Below, piece after piece: positions 10,652-19,810 of a stretch of DNA of 32,000 nt. Every line of letters starts with the position of its first letter. The first letter of the stretch is position 1. This stretch comes from Vibrio cholerae ATCC 14035 (GTDB lineage: Bacteria > Pseudomonadota > Gammaproteobacteria > Enterobacterales > Vibrionaceae): positions 200,756 through 232,755 of the forward strand of contig NZ_KK211322.1 of NCBI RefSeq assembly GCF_000621645.1. Reading direction: 5' to 3'. The translations under genes were made by a program, and so were the position numbers. Below the pieces are notes generated by a model that made no database searches, was not told the DNA's origin, and saw nothing but the letters and a program-made list of their open reading frames with translations.

Positions 10652-12328
10652 TTAGTAAGTGCCTTGCTGTGGAATGACAAAGCTCATTCGCGTGTACTCT
10701 TGTGGCGCGACCTCAATCTGTAGCCCTGATTTTGTACCAAATTTGTTGGTGAGGCGCTTTTCAACAATTTGCATCCCTAAACCATCATAATCTTCACTCG
10801 GAGGCTGATAGAGCCCGGCGTTGTCTTCCACCACGACGCGCATTCCCCCTTCAACCATTTCACTGTAAATGCGCACTTTGCCAGCTTCGAGTAGGTTAGA
10901 GGTGCCGTGTTTGATGGCATTTTCCACCAAAGGCTGCAAAGTGAAGCTGGGGACATTACGTTCTAGCAGGGCATCATCAATCGCAATTTCCACATCGAGC
11001 CTGTCACTAAAACGCGCTTTTTCAATAGTGAGATAAGCGTTCACGTGGGCAAGCTCTTCACGCAAAGTGACGGTTTCGACGTTCTGTTTGAGGTTACTGC
11101 GGAAAAATTGCGACAGATGCAAAATCAGCTCGCGGGCTTTATCTGGCTCACGGCGGATCACCGCACTGATGGTGTTGAGTGCGTTAAACAGAAAATGTGG
11201 ATTAACCTGCGCTTGCAGGAGTTTGATTTCCGCCCGCGAGAGCAGGATTTGTTTTTGCTGATATTCGCCATACAGAATTTGGCTGGATAGCAGTTGGGCG
11301 ATACCCTGTGCCATCGACATATTGATGGTGGAAAACAGCTTACGTTTTGGCTCGTAGAGCTTGATGGTGCCGATCACCCGATCGCCTGCTCGCAACGGAA
11401 TGATTAACGCAGACCCCAGTTTGCAGGTCGGAGACAAAGAACATTGATAAGGATGCTCTTTGCCATCGAGATAGATGATGGCGTTGCGATTAATCGCATC
11501 GAGCGTGCTCTGCGAGCTGATCGGTGTATTCGGTTTATGGTGATCATCGCCAATCCCGACAAAGGCGAGGATTTTTTCGCGATCGGTGATCGAGACCGCG
11601 CCGACATTGGTCTGTTCATACACGATTCGGGCAATTTTGTTGGCATTTTCTGGGTTAAAACCGGCAGCAAGGATACCAACAGAACGCTCGGCAATATTCA
11701 GAGCGCGGCGTGAAAACGTCGCGGAATACTCTTCAAAAATGGTTTTGCGATCGAGCAGGATGCTCATAAACAGTGCGGCACCGACTGAGTTAGCAATGAT
11801 CATTGGCGCGGCGATGGTGGACACCAGCGCATAAGACTGTTCGAACGGTTTCGCCACGACCAAGATGATCAACATCTGCACAATTTCGGCAAATAAGGTG
11901 ACCGCAAAGACAATACTTGGGCTAAACAGTAATTTCCCTTTGCCTTTGCGCAGCAAATAGGTGTGTAGCAAGCCGCCAATTAAACCTTCAGCGGTGGTGG
12001 AAATCGCGCAGGCGAGATCGGTAAATCCCCCCAAGGTATAGCGGTGTAAGCCTCCGGTGAGGCCAACCGCAAAACCAATCACAGGTCCACCAAACAGACC
12101 TCCCATCACAGCGCCGATGGCACGCGTATTGGCAATCGCATCATTGATCTGCAGGCCAAAGTAGGTGCCCATAATGCAAAACAGCGAAAACAGAACATAA
12201 ACACTGATTTTGTGGTCAAACCGACCAGAAATGTTAAGTAAAGGAATGAAGATCGGCGTTTTACTCAACATATAGGCGAGAACAAGGTAAACACACATCT
12301 GTTGCAGTAATGAGAGGATGAGATCCAT
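10652..12328 (-). CDS. LytS-type sensor histidine kinase (5TMR-LYT membrane domain, GAF, His_kinase, HATPase)
   Basis: 558 aa. The N-terminal multi-pass domain is typical of LytS/YehU/YpdA. It carries the conserved phospho-acceptor region QVNPHFLFNALNTI and the N-box ENAIKHG. Confidence 0.9.
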   Translation of the reverse strand: MDLILSLLQQMCVYLVLAYMLSKTPIFIPLLNISGRFDHKISVYVLFSLFCIMGTYFGLQINDAIANTRAIGAVMGGLFGGPVIGFAVGLTGGLHRYTLGGFTDLACAISTTAEGLIGGLLHTYLLRKGKGKLLFSPSIVFAVTLFAEIVQMLIILVVAKPFEQSYALVSTIAAPMIIANSVGAALFMSILLDRKTIFEEYSATFSRRALNIAERSVGILAAGFNPENANKIARIVYEQTNVGAVSITDREKILAFVGIGDDHHKPNTPISSQSTLDAINRNAIIYLDGKEHPYQCSLSPTCKLGSALIIPLRAGDRVIGTIKLYEPKRKLFSTINMSMAQGIAQLLSSQILYGEYQQKQILLSRAEIKLLQAQVNPHFLFNALNTISAVIRREPDKARELILHLSQFFRSNLKQNVETVTLREELAHVNAYLTIEKARFSDRLDVEIAIDDALLERNVPSFTLQPLVENAIKHGTSNLLEAGKVRIYSEMVEGGMRVVVEDNAGLYQPPSEDYDGLGMQIVEKRLTNKFGTKSGLQIEVAPQEYTRMSFVIPQQGTY

Positions 12329-12435
12329 AACCTGTCCATCGTCTGAGCGGAAAAACGGCTTATTTTAAGATACTCAAAGCGAACAAAACACGCTTTATTC
12401 CCCAGTTTGTGTGCCAAGTGTCATTAAATGAGTGG

Positions 12436-12476
12436 TGTAATTTTTAATTTACATTAAATGTTGGTTTAAATTTACA
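12436..12476. promoter_or_regulatory. Tandem TyrR boxes (strong plus weak) upstream of aroF
   Basis: TGTAAT-TTTTAA-TTTACA (12436-12453) has one mismatch to the TyrR box consensus TGTAAA-N6-TTTACA. An adjacent TGTTGG-TTTAAA-TTTACA (12459-12476) has a perfect right half only. Confidence 0.6.
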
Positions 12477-12542
12477 CTTGCATTGTTTTTAAAGCCTGTT
12501 AACGTGTTTTCTGTTTAAGTTTGCAGCTCACCTTGTTAGGTG

Positions 12543-12560
12543 TGTAAATAATAAGTTACA
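12543..12560. promoter_or_regulatory. Third TyrR box just upstream of the aroF ribosome-binding site
   Basis: TGTAAA-TAATAA-GTTACA has one mismatch to consensus and ends 10 nt before the aroF ATG. It overlaps a possible promoter, TTGCAG (12521-12526)-N18-TAAATA (12545-12550). Confidence 0.55.
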
Positions 12561-12569
12561 GGTGATGAG

Positions 12570-13643
12570 ATGAAAAAAAGTGAATTGAGTGATGTGAATA
12601 TCAGTGATGAACAGATATTGATCACCCCTGATGCCTTAAAAGCCAAGATTCCACTCAGTGACAAGGCGCGTAAGTTTATTCGTGAGTCACGTCAGACGGT
12701 GGCGGACATTATCCACAAACGCGATCCTCGCTTGCTGATCGTCTGTGGTCCTTGCTCAATTCATGATGTGGATGCGGCGAAAGAGTACGCCAAAAAACTC
12801 AAAGCACTCTCGGCGCAGCTGAGCGACCAGCTCTACATCGTAATGCGCGTGTACTTTGAAAAACCGCGTACTACGGTCGGTTGGAAAGGGCTGATTAACG
12901 ATCCGCATCTTGATGGCAGTTTTGATATCGAACACGGTCTGCATGTTGGGCGTCAACTCTTGGTCGATTTGGCCGAAATGGAAATTCCACTGGCAACCGA
13001 AGCGTTGGACCCGATTAGCCCGCAATACTTGGCGGATACTTTTAGTTGGGCGGCGATTGGTGCGCGCACCACGGAATCACAAACTCACCGCGAGATGGCA
13101 AGTGGCCTTTCCATGCCAATCGGCTTTAAAAATGGCACGGATGGTAACTTGGCAACGGCGATTAATGCCATGCAGGCCGCTTCATCCAGTCACCGCTTTA
13201 TGGGAATTAACCGCGAAGGACAAGTGGCACTGCTCACGACACAAGGCAACCCGAATGGGCATGTGATTTTACGTGGTGGCAAACAGACCAATTACGATTC
13301 GGTTTCTGTCGCGGAATGTGAAGAAGAGATGCAAAAAGCGCGTTTGGAACCCTCTTTGATGGTGGATTGCAGCCATGCGAACTCACGTAAAGATTACCGC
13401 CGTCAGCCGTTGGTGGCAGAAGATGTGATTCATCAAATCCGTGAAGGCAATCGCTCGATCATTGGCCTGATGATTGAAAGCCATCTCAATGAAGGAAATC
13501 AGTCTTCGGGTCTGCCTCGTGAAAAGATGCAATACGGAGTCTCGATCACTGACGGCTGTATAAATTGGTCAACGACTGAGGCATTATTACGTCGTGCGCA
13601 TCAGGAACTTATTCCCTTTTTGCACAATCGTTTGCAAGGATAA
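12570..13643 (+). CDS. aroF: 3-deoxy-D-arabino-heptulosonate-7-phosphate synthase, class I-alpha (probably the Tyr-sensitive isozyme)
   Basis: 357 aa collinear with E. coli AroF/G/H (LLIVCGPCSIHD, KPRTTVGWKGLINDP, IGARTTESQxHRE). I assign the isozyme from its position directly upstream of tyrA and from the TyrR boxes. Confidence 0.9.
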   Translation: MKKSELSDVNISDEQILITPDALKAKIPLSDKARKFIRESRQTVADIIHKRDPRLLIVCGPCSIHDVDAAKEYAKKLKALSAQLSDQLYIVMRVYFEKPRTTVGWKGLINDPHLDGSFDIEHGLHVGRQLLVDLAEMEIPLATEALDPISPQYLADTFSWAAIGARTTESQTHREMASGLSMPIGFKNGTDGNLATAINAMQAASSSHRFMGINREGQVALLTTQGNPNGHVILRGGKQTNYDSVSVAECEEEMQKARLEPSLMVDCSHANSRKDYRRQPLVAEDVIHQIREGNRSIIGLMIESHLNEGNQSSGLPREKMQYGVSITDGCINWSTTEALLRRAHQELIPFLHNRLQG

Positions 13644-13655
13644 CAAGGATAGAAC

Positions 13656-14783
13656 ATGGCCGTAGAGTTGAATCAGTTACGCGACCAAATCGATGAAGTC
13701 GATAAGCAGATGGTGGAGCTACTGGCGCGCCGTCTGGCATTGGTGGAGCAGGTCGGGCAAGTGAAAAGTCGATATGGGTTACCGATTTATGCTCCCGATC
13801 GTGAAGCGGCAATGCTCGCTTCACGTCGAGCGGAAGCGGAAAGCAAAGGTGTTCCGCCACAACTGATTGAAGATATTTTGCGCCGAACCATGCGTGAATC
13901 CTACGCCAGTGAAAAGGACTCCGGCTTTAAATGCCTCAATCCTGAGTTACGTTCCGTGGTGATCATCGGTGGTAACGGTCAGCTTGGGCGACTATTTGGC
14001 CGTATGTTTAAACTCTCTGGCTATCAAGTCAAAGTGCTGGGTAGCCAAGATTGGGACAAAGCGGATGAACTGCTCAGTGATGCTGGCTTAGTGATAGTCA
14101 CGGTACCTATCCATTTGACGCTCGGTGTTATCGAAAAGCTGCGCCAGTTGCCGGACGATTGCATTTTGTGCGATCTCACCTCAATCAAAGCCAAGCCGCT
14201 TGCCGCTATGCTACAAGTGCACAAAGGTCCAGTGGTTGGGCTGCACCCTATGTTTGGCCCTGATGTTCCAAGCCTGGCGAAGCAGGTGATTGTTTACTGT
14301 GATGGTCGAGGCAATGAACACTACCAATGGCTCTTGCAACAGTTTGCTATTTGGGGTGCAAGCTTGTGTCAGATTGATGCGACTGAACATGATCGTGGTA
14401 TGACGCTTATTCAAGCTCTGCGCCACTTCACTTCCTTTGCTTATGGCTTGCATCTGACCAAAGAGAACCCGAACTTGGCACAACTGCTGAAACTCAGTTC
14501 ACCGATTTACCGTTTAGAGCTTGCTATGGTCGGACGGCTATTTGGGCAAGATCCCCATCTATACGGCGATATTATTCTCTCATCACCAGAAAATATTGAG
14601 ATGATCCAGCGTTTTCATCGCTGCTTAAGCGAGGCGGTTGAGTTGGTGAGCGCGGGCGATAAGGCGAGTTTTGTGGCTCAATTTGAACGAGTTAGCCAGT
14701 GGTTTGGTGATTATTCACAGCAGTTTATGCATGAGAGCCAAAACTTGCTCAAACAAGCGAATGATGCGATCCACAGAGGTTAA
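13656..14783 (+). CDS. tyrA: Bifunctional chorismate mutase / prephenate dehydrogenase (T-protein)
   Basis: 375 aa. It has an N-terminal CM_2 domain (LRDQIDEVDKQMVELLARR) followed by a prephenate dehydrogenase domain (VIIGGNGQLGRLF). It starts 12 nt after aroF. Confidence 0.95.
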   Translation: MAVELNQLRDQIDEVDKQMVELLARRLALVEQVGQVKSRYGLPIYAPDREAAMLASRRAEAESKGVPPQLIEDILRRTMRESYASEKDSGFKCLNPELRSVVIIGGNGQLGRLFGRMFKLSGYQVKVLGSQDWDKADELLSDAGLVIVTVPIHLTLGVIEKLRQLPDDCILCDLTSIKAKPLAAMLQVHKGPVVGLHPMFGPDVPSLAKQVIVYCDGRGNEHYQWLLQQFAIWGASLCQIDATEHDRGMTLIQALRHFTSFAYGLHLTKENPNLAQLLKLSSPIYRLELAMVGRLFGQDPHLYGDIILSSPENIEMIQRFHRCLSEAVELVSAGDKASFVAQFERVSQWFGDYSQQFMHESQNLLKQANDAIHRG

Positions 14784-14824
14784 CGCATCATTCGCCTCTC
14801 ACCGTCACTCTCACTGTCAATAAC

Positions 14825-14850
14825 ATCCCAAGTCCATTTGGGCTTGGGAT
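14825..14850. terminator. Hairpin between convergent tyrA and the PilZ gene
   Basis: ATCCCAAG (14825-14832) pairs with CTTGGGAT (14843-14850) around a 10-nt loop. The 3' arm abuts the PilZ stop codon. There is no strong T-run, so terminator function is uncertain. Confidence 0.45.
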
Positions 14851-15221
14851 TACTCATGCAGTCCTAAATCAGAAAGATGCTCTAAGTCTCGGTGCAGTAA
14901 GCTGTCATCGCCCACATTCAACTCCACTAAGCGACGTAAGTGCGCAATGCTTTCAATATCAATATGGCTGATCGCCATTCGAATGATCCGCTCTTGGATA
15001 CTGATGACTTTTGCGCTGAGGGATATGGTTACATCGCTTTCTGGTAGGCTAAAAACCACATCCACTAAAGCGTGAGTATCTAAATCCGGCTCATCTTCTG
15101 ACCAGAGCAGCAAGCCGTGTAGCGATAGATCCTGAATGCAAGTCGACAGTTGTTTATCGCCTTGGCTTAGGGTGGCTGGCGCTTGATACAGGATGCGTGA
15201 AAAGCGACGTTTTTCGATCAT
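14850..15221 (-). CDS. plzA: Stand-alone PilZ-domain protein (c-di-GMP receptor type)
   Basis: Both PilZ signature motifs are present: RxxxR (RRFSR, residues 5-9 from the ATG at 15221) and D/NxSxxG (DLSLHG). I prefer the internal ATG at 15221 (123 aa, preceded by GAGAGA) over the ORF-track start at 15278. The plzA symbol is my recollection of V. cholerae VC0697. Confidence 0.82.
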   Translation of the reverse strand: MIEKRRFSRILYQAPATLSQGDKQLSTCIQDLSLHGLLLWSEDEPDLDTHALVDVVFSLPESDVTISLSAKVISIQERIIRMAISHIDIESIAHLRRLVELNVGDDSLLHRDLEHLSDLGLHE

Positions 15222-15340
15222 GGCGTTCTCTCTGACAAAGACGACGTATAGATAGGACAAGCATAGCAAAGGGTACATTAAATCACCGGATGTATGCTGA
15301 AATAAGCTTACTCAATCACAAACTCGGTTTCTGTGGAGCA

Positions 15341-15370
15341 AAAGAAAAGGCCGCATGGCGACCTTTTCTG
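15341..15370 (-). terminator. ettA terminator
   Basis: The stem AAAGGCCGC (15346-15354) pairs with GCGACCTTT (15358-15366) with one mismatch and a 3-nt loop. A/T runs flank both sides. It lies 22-51 nt downstream of the ettA stop on the minus strand. Confidence 0.7.
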
Positions 15371-15391
15371 AGAGTGATACCCGACGGTATT

Positions 15392-17059
15392 TTACTTGGT
15401 AATGCGCTTGTACTTAATACGGTGAGGCTCTGCTGCTTGCGCGCCCAGAGTCTGCTTCAGCCACTCCATGTACTCGGTGTAGTTACCTTCGTAGAAGTTC
15501 ACTTTACCTTCATCACGGTAATCTAGGATGTGGGTGGCAATACGGTCTAGGAACCAACGGTCATGCGAGATCACCATAGCACAGCCCGGGAATTCTAGTA
15601 GCGCTTCTTCCAGAGCACGCAGCGTTTCGACGTCCAGATCGTTGGTAGGTTCGTCGAGTAACAGCACGTTGCCGCCCGCTTTAAGCAGTTTGGCCAAGTG
15701 GACACGGTTACGCTCACCACCAGACAGCTCGCCAATCACTTTTTGCTGATCAACGCCTTTGAAGTTAAAGCGTGAACAGTAAGCACGAGCAGGGATTTCG
15801 AAGTTGTTGATGCGAATGATATCCGCACCTTCAGAAATCTCTTGGAATACGGTGTGCTTGTCGTTCATGCTGTCACGGAACTGATCCACTGAGGCTAGTT
15901 TCACAGTATCACCCAGCTCGATGGTGCCTGAATCCGGCTTTTCTACACCGCTCAGCATTTTGAATAGGGTTGATTTACCCGCACCGTTCGGGCCGATGAT
16001 GCCGACAATCGCGCCTTTTGGCATGCTGAAAGAAAGATCATCAATCAGAACACGACCATCGAATGATTTGGTGAGGTTTTTCACTTCAATCACTTTGTCA
16101 CCTAGGCGCTCACCAGGCGGGATGAACAGCTCGTTGGTTTCGTTACGTTTTTGGTGCTCAGTATTTTGCAGCTCTTCAAAACGTGCCATACGCGCTTTCG
16201 ATTTAGCCTGACGACCTTTTGGATTCTGACGAACCCATTCCAGCTCTTTCTCAATGGTTTTTTGGCGCGCTTTCTCTTGAGACGCTTCTTGCTTCAGACG
16301 AGCATCTTTTTGCTCTAGCCATGAAGTGTAGTTACCTTGCCATGGAATACCTTCACCACGGTCAAGTTCCAGAATCCAGCCCGCAGCGTTATCGAGGAAG
16401 TAACGGTCGTGGGTAATCGCGACCACAGTCCCTGCGTAATCGACTAAGAAACGCTCCAGCCAAGCCACTGATTCGGCATCCAAGTGGTTGGTGGGTTCGT
16501 CGAGCAGCAGCATGTCTGGATTTTCCAGCAGAAGACGACAGATCGCCACACGACGACGCTCACCACCAGAGAGGAATTTCACTTGCGCATCCCATTCCGG
16601 CAGACGCAGTGCATCGGCGGCACGCTCTAGAGCGTTATCTAGGTTGTGGCCATTTTTCGCTTGGATCAGCGCTTCCAGTTCACCCTGTTCTTTAGCCAGA
16701 GCATCAAAATCTGCATCAGGCTCAGCGTACGCGGCATAAACTTCATCAAGACGCTTAAGCGCGTAAGCCACATCCGCAACGGCTTCTTCGACAACTTCAC
16801 GTACGGTTTTACTCTCATCCAACTTAGGCTCTTGGGGCAGATAACCCACTTTCAAACCGGGTTGTGGACGAGCTTCACCGTCGATGTCTTTGTCAATGCC
16901 TGCCATGATACGCAGCAGGGTCGATTTACCCGCACCGTTAAGGCCCAGAACACCAATTTTGGCACCCGGGAAGAAACTCAAGGAGATATCTTTCAGAATT
17001 TGACGCTTGGGTGGCACAATCTTGCTCACCCGAGACATGGTATATACGTATTCAGCCAT
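15392..17059 (-). CDS. ettA: Energy-dependent translational throttle ABC-F ATPase
   Basis: 555 aa with two ABC cassettes (GLNGAGKST / LSGGERRR and GPNGAGKST / LSGGERNR). The N terminus MAEYVYTMxRVSKxVPPKRxIL is typical of EttA/YjjK. Confidence 0.95.
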   Translation of the reverse strand: MAEYVYTMSRVSKIVPPKRQILKDISLSFFPGAKIGVLGLNGAGKSTLLRIMAGIDKDIDGEARPQPGLKVGYLPQEPKLDESKTVREVVEEAVADVAYALKRLDEVYAAYAEPDADFDALAKEQGELEALIQAKNGHNLDNALERAADALRLPEWDAQVKFLSGGERRRVAICRLLLENPDMLLLDEPTNHLDAESVAWLERFLVDYAGTVVAITHDRYFLDNAAGWILELDRGEGIPWQGNYTSWLEQKDARLKQEASQEKARQKTIEKELEWVRQNPKGRQAKSKARMARFEELQNTEHQKRNETNELFIPPGERLGDKVIEVKNLTKSFDGRVLIDDLSFSMPKGAIVGIIGPNGAGKSTLFKMLSGVEKPDSGTIELGDTVKLASVDQFRDSMNDKHTVFQEISEGADIIRINNFEIPARAYCSRFNFKGVDQQKVIGELSGGERNRVHLAKLLKAGGNVLLLDEPTNDLDVETLRALEEALLEFPGCAMVISHDRWFLDRIATHILDYRDEGKVNFYEGNYTEYMEWLKQTLGAQAAEPHRIKYKRITK

Positions 17060-17420
17060 TGCCGATCGTTCCTAATCTTTCAAACGGAATAAAGTCGCCA
17101 TTCTATACCAAAGCAAGACTTTTTGTTACTAGAGCACCCGCATTTCAGCCTGTGTAAAAAATTCTTAATCGCTTTCTTATCTAATGAGAGTGGAGCGCGA
17201 ACTCTTTGCACTCAGCCAATACAATTACCCTTGATTCACCAAGGTGTTAATGATGAATAAGTCGATTAATATGCAAAGATTTTATTTCATCGTTCGCGAT
17301 AGTGGGAAATTCAATAAAATGTTGCATTATTTGCGTTAAGTTTACTTCACTTGCCTTTACATTTATGGCGAGATTACGCGTAATAATTTGTTATCACACT
17401 GATTTTAAGGATGAGATCTC

Positions 17421-19367
17421 ATGACGCGCCTGACGGTATTTAAGCCGCGTAGCCTTGTTTCGATCTTGATGTTCACCACGGTATGGGCAGTGGGCTCAGC
17501 GAGCGCCAGTACTTTGGATTTGGAAGCGCAGAGAGCTCAATATGATAAAGCGCAGCGTTGGTTGGACGAAAAGAATGTCGCTCAATACCAACGTATTCGT
17601 AAGCAGATCGATAGCTATCCCTTAACCCCTTATCTCGATTATCGCGCTTTTCTTATCGATCTCGGCAGTAAGCCGCCGATCGCAGTACGCAATTTTATCG
17701 ATAGTCATAAAGAGTACCCTTTTTCAGCTCGGATCGCTGCGCCCTATTTAGACGCTTTAGCGCGCAGCAAAAAATGGTCGGCATTGCTGCAATTTCAAAC
17801 TCAACTGCCCAATGGCGAAACTTACCAATGCCATTACTACAACGCCAAACTGCAAACCGGAAAGCGTAATGAGGCGTTTGAAGGTGCGAAAAAGCTGTGG
17901 CTTAACGGTGCCAGTATCGCCGATGCTTGTGATCCGTTATTTGCCGAGTGGGATCGCGTTGGGGGCTTGAGTGACGATTGGGTTTTAAAACGGGCTTTAC
18001 TCGCTTTTGAAGGCCGTAACCGTAACCTCATCGTCTATCTACAGAAGAAGCTGGATGGCAAAAAATCACAAGCTAAAGCGCAAGGCATGCTTGAGCTATT
18101 TGATAAACCTGAGCGAGTGTTAGCTTACAGCCGTAAAGCATCGCAAGATCCGATTAATCAAAAGTTAGCAGAGTTGGCGTTACAAAAGTGGGCAAGATCA
18201 GAGCCTCAAGAAGCGCAAGCTGTCTTCAATGATGTCGCGAAAGCCCAAGGCTGGAATCAAGAGCAGAAAGGGCGAGTAGCTCGTTTTATTGCAATCCGTT
18301 TGATGGATACTGAAGAGGCTGCGATTGCTAAATGGCGTGATGAGGTGACTCGCACTAGCCAAGATGTGCGTTTGATTGAAGCGCGTATTCGACTAGCACT
18401 GCGTGAGAATGATTGGCGTGGTTTGAGTCAATGGATTGCGGTGTTACCAGAGCAAGAGCGTAAAACTCTGCGTTGGCAATATTGGCAAGGTCGCAGTGAA
18501 ATCGCGCTGGGTAAGAAAAAAGAAGGTACCGAGCGCTTAAAAGCTTTGCTTGGACAACGCAGTTTTTACAGCGTAGCGGCAGCCAAAATTTTGCAGCAGT
18601 CGGTCAATTATCCGACCAGTACAGTAACGCTGGATATGAAGCAGATTAAAGCTCATAAAAAAGCGCTGGCCAGAATTGATGAACTGATTGCCTTGGATAA
18701 AGTGCCGGCGGCAAAAAGTGAATGGCGTTGGTTGCTTGATCGAGTTTCTCAGAAAGAAAAAGAGATGTTGGCAGCGTATGCCGCAGATTCAGGTTGGTAT
18801 CAGATGACCATTGCGGCGACCATTTCCGCCAGCCTCTGGGATAACAATCAACTGCGTTTTCCTGTCGTACATCAGAACTTGTTTACCTTGCATGGTCGAA
18901 AAAATGGTGTAGATCCGATCACATTAATGTCTTTAGCCAGACAAGAAAGTGCGCTTAACCCAGATGCGCAATCACCTGTTGGCGCACGGGGCTTAATGCA
19001 GATTATGCCGGATACTGCGCGCTACACGGCAAGGAAATACCAATTGAGCTACTCCAATCCTGACGAACTCTATCAAGTGGGTAAGAATATTGAGATCGGT
19101 AGCCGTTATCTCAGCAGTTTGCTTGAGCGTTATGACCAGAACCGAATCTTGGCTTTTGCTGCCTACAATGCAGGACCAAGTCGGGTCGATAGTTGGTTGA
19201 AACGTAGCCAAGGTAAGCTGGATGCGTATGGCTTTATTGAAGCAATCCCCTTTGCTGAAACCCGCGGTTATGTGCAGAACATTTTGATGTTTGAAACCTA
19301 CTATCGGGATTTGATGGGCGTACAAGGTCGCTTCTTGAATGAGCATGAGTTAAATACAAAGTATTGA
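17421..19367 (+). CDS. slt: Soluble lytic murein transglycosylase (Slt70 type)
   Basis: 648 aa with a signal peptide and a long superhelical U-domain. The C-terminal SLT catalytic domain carries the ES/GLMQ/AYNAG motifs (ARQESALNP, GLMQIMPDTA, AAYNAGPSRV). Confidence 0.92.
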   Translation: MTRLTVFKPRSLVSILMFTTVWAVGSASASTLDLEAQRAQYDKAQRWLDEKNVAQYQRIRKQIDSYPLTPYLDYRAFLIDLGSKPPIAVRNFIDSHKEYPFSARIAAPYLDALARSKKWSALLQFQTQLPNGETYQCHYYNAKLQTGKRNEAFEGAKKLWLNGASIADACDPLFAEWDRVGGLSDDWVLKRALLAFEGRNRNLIVYLQKKLDGKKSQAKAQGMLELFDKPERVLAYSRKASQDPINQKLAELALQKWARSEPQEAQAVFNDVAKAQGWNQEQKGRVARFIAIRLMDTEEAAIAKWRDEVTRTSQDVRLIEARIRLALRENDWRGLSQWIAVLPEQERKTLRWQYWQGRSEIALGKKKEGTERLKALLGQRSFYSVAAAKILQQSVNYPTSTVTLDMKQIKAHKKALARIDELIALDKVPAAKSEWRWLLDRVSQKEKEMLAAYAADSGWYQMTIAATISASLWDNNQLRFPVVHQNLFTLHGRKNGVDPITLMSLARQESALNPDAQSPVGARGLMQIMPDTARYTARKYQLSYSNPDELYQVGKNIEIGSRYLSSLLERYDQNRILAFAAYNAGPSRVDSWLKRSQGKLDAYGFIEAIPFAETRGYVQNILMFETYYRDLMGVQGRFLNEHELNTKY

Positions 19368-19417
19368 TTCCTCAACTTGCTGCACTACAATAAGCCGGTG
19401 TATCACTTAACGAGTAC
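19364..19417 (+). promoter_or_regulatory. Candidate trpR promoter with an autoregulatory Trp-repressor operator
   Basis: The promoter is TTGATT (19364-19369)-N16-TACAAT (19386-19391). It is followed by GTATCACTTAACGAGTAC (19400-19417). The right half of that sequence, TTAACGAGTAC, has one mismatch to the Trp operator half TTAACTAGTAC, and it resembles my recollection of the E. coli trpR operator (...TTTAGCGAGTACAAC). Confidence 0.45.
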
Positions 19418-19421
19418 AACT

Positions 19422-19733
19422 ATGGTACAGCAACCTTCTTTTAGTGAGTGGCAGCAAGTGTTGGATCTGGTTAAGCAAGCCGTGCAGCAAGATCAGCACG
19501 AAATGCTACTGACCATGTTGATGACGCCGGATGAGCGTGAAGCATTAGTAGCTCGAGTGAATATTGTGCATGAGCTGCTGCAAGGCGAGCTCTCTCAGCG
19601 CCAAATAAGCCAAATGCTTGGGGTTGGGATTGCAACCATCACGCGTGGTTCGAATGAGCTCAAGTCACGGAGTGAAGATGAGAAAGCGGCATTAGCTCAA
19701 CTGCTTATGCCGCCTCCATCCTCAGAAGCCTAA
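19422..19733 (+). CDS. trpR: Trp operon repressor
   Basis: 103 aa counted from the ATG at 19422 (MVQQPS...). It is collinear with E. coli TrpR (MLTPDEREAL, GIATITRGSNxLK). The ORF-track start at 19377 is a TTG with no support. Confidence 0.9.
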   Translation: MVQQPSFSEWQQVLDLVKQAVQQDQHEMLLTMLMTPDEREALVARVNIVHELLQGELSQRQISQMLGVGIATITRGSNELKSRSEDEKAALAQLLMPPPSSEA

Positions 19734-19739
19734 TGACAT

Positions 19740-19763
19740 CACTGGCTAAGCCGAGTGTTTTTT
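19740..19763 (+). terminator. trpR terminator
   Basis: CACTGGC (19740-19746) pairs with GCC(G)AGTG (19750-19757), leaving one bulged base. TTTTTT (19758-19763) follows. Confidence 0.6.
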
Positions 19764-19810
19764 GAGGAACTCGATCAGTTGAAGTGAATGAGAGCTTCAA
19801 CTCATACTCA

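Noticed and set aside
17250-17339. A 29-codon ORF (MMNKSINMQRFYFIVRDSGKFNKMLHYLR) with an upstream AAGGTG, in the 360-bp ettA-slt divergent region.
   Set aside because: I have no conservation or family evidence, and short ORFs of this size arise by chance in AT-rich spacers. It would need ribosome profiling or comparative support before being called.
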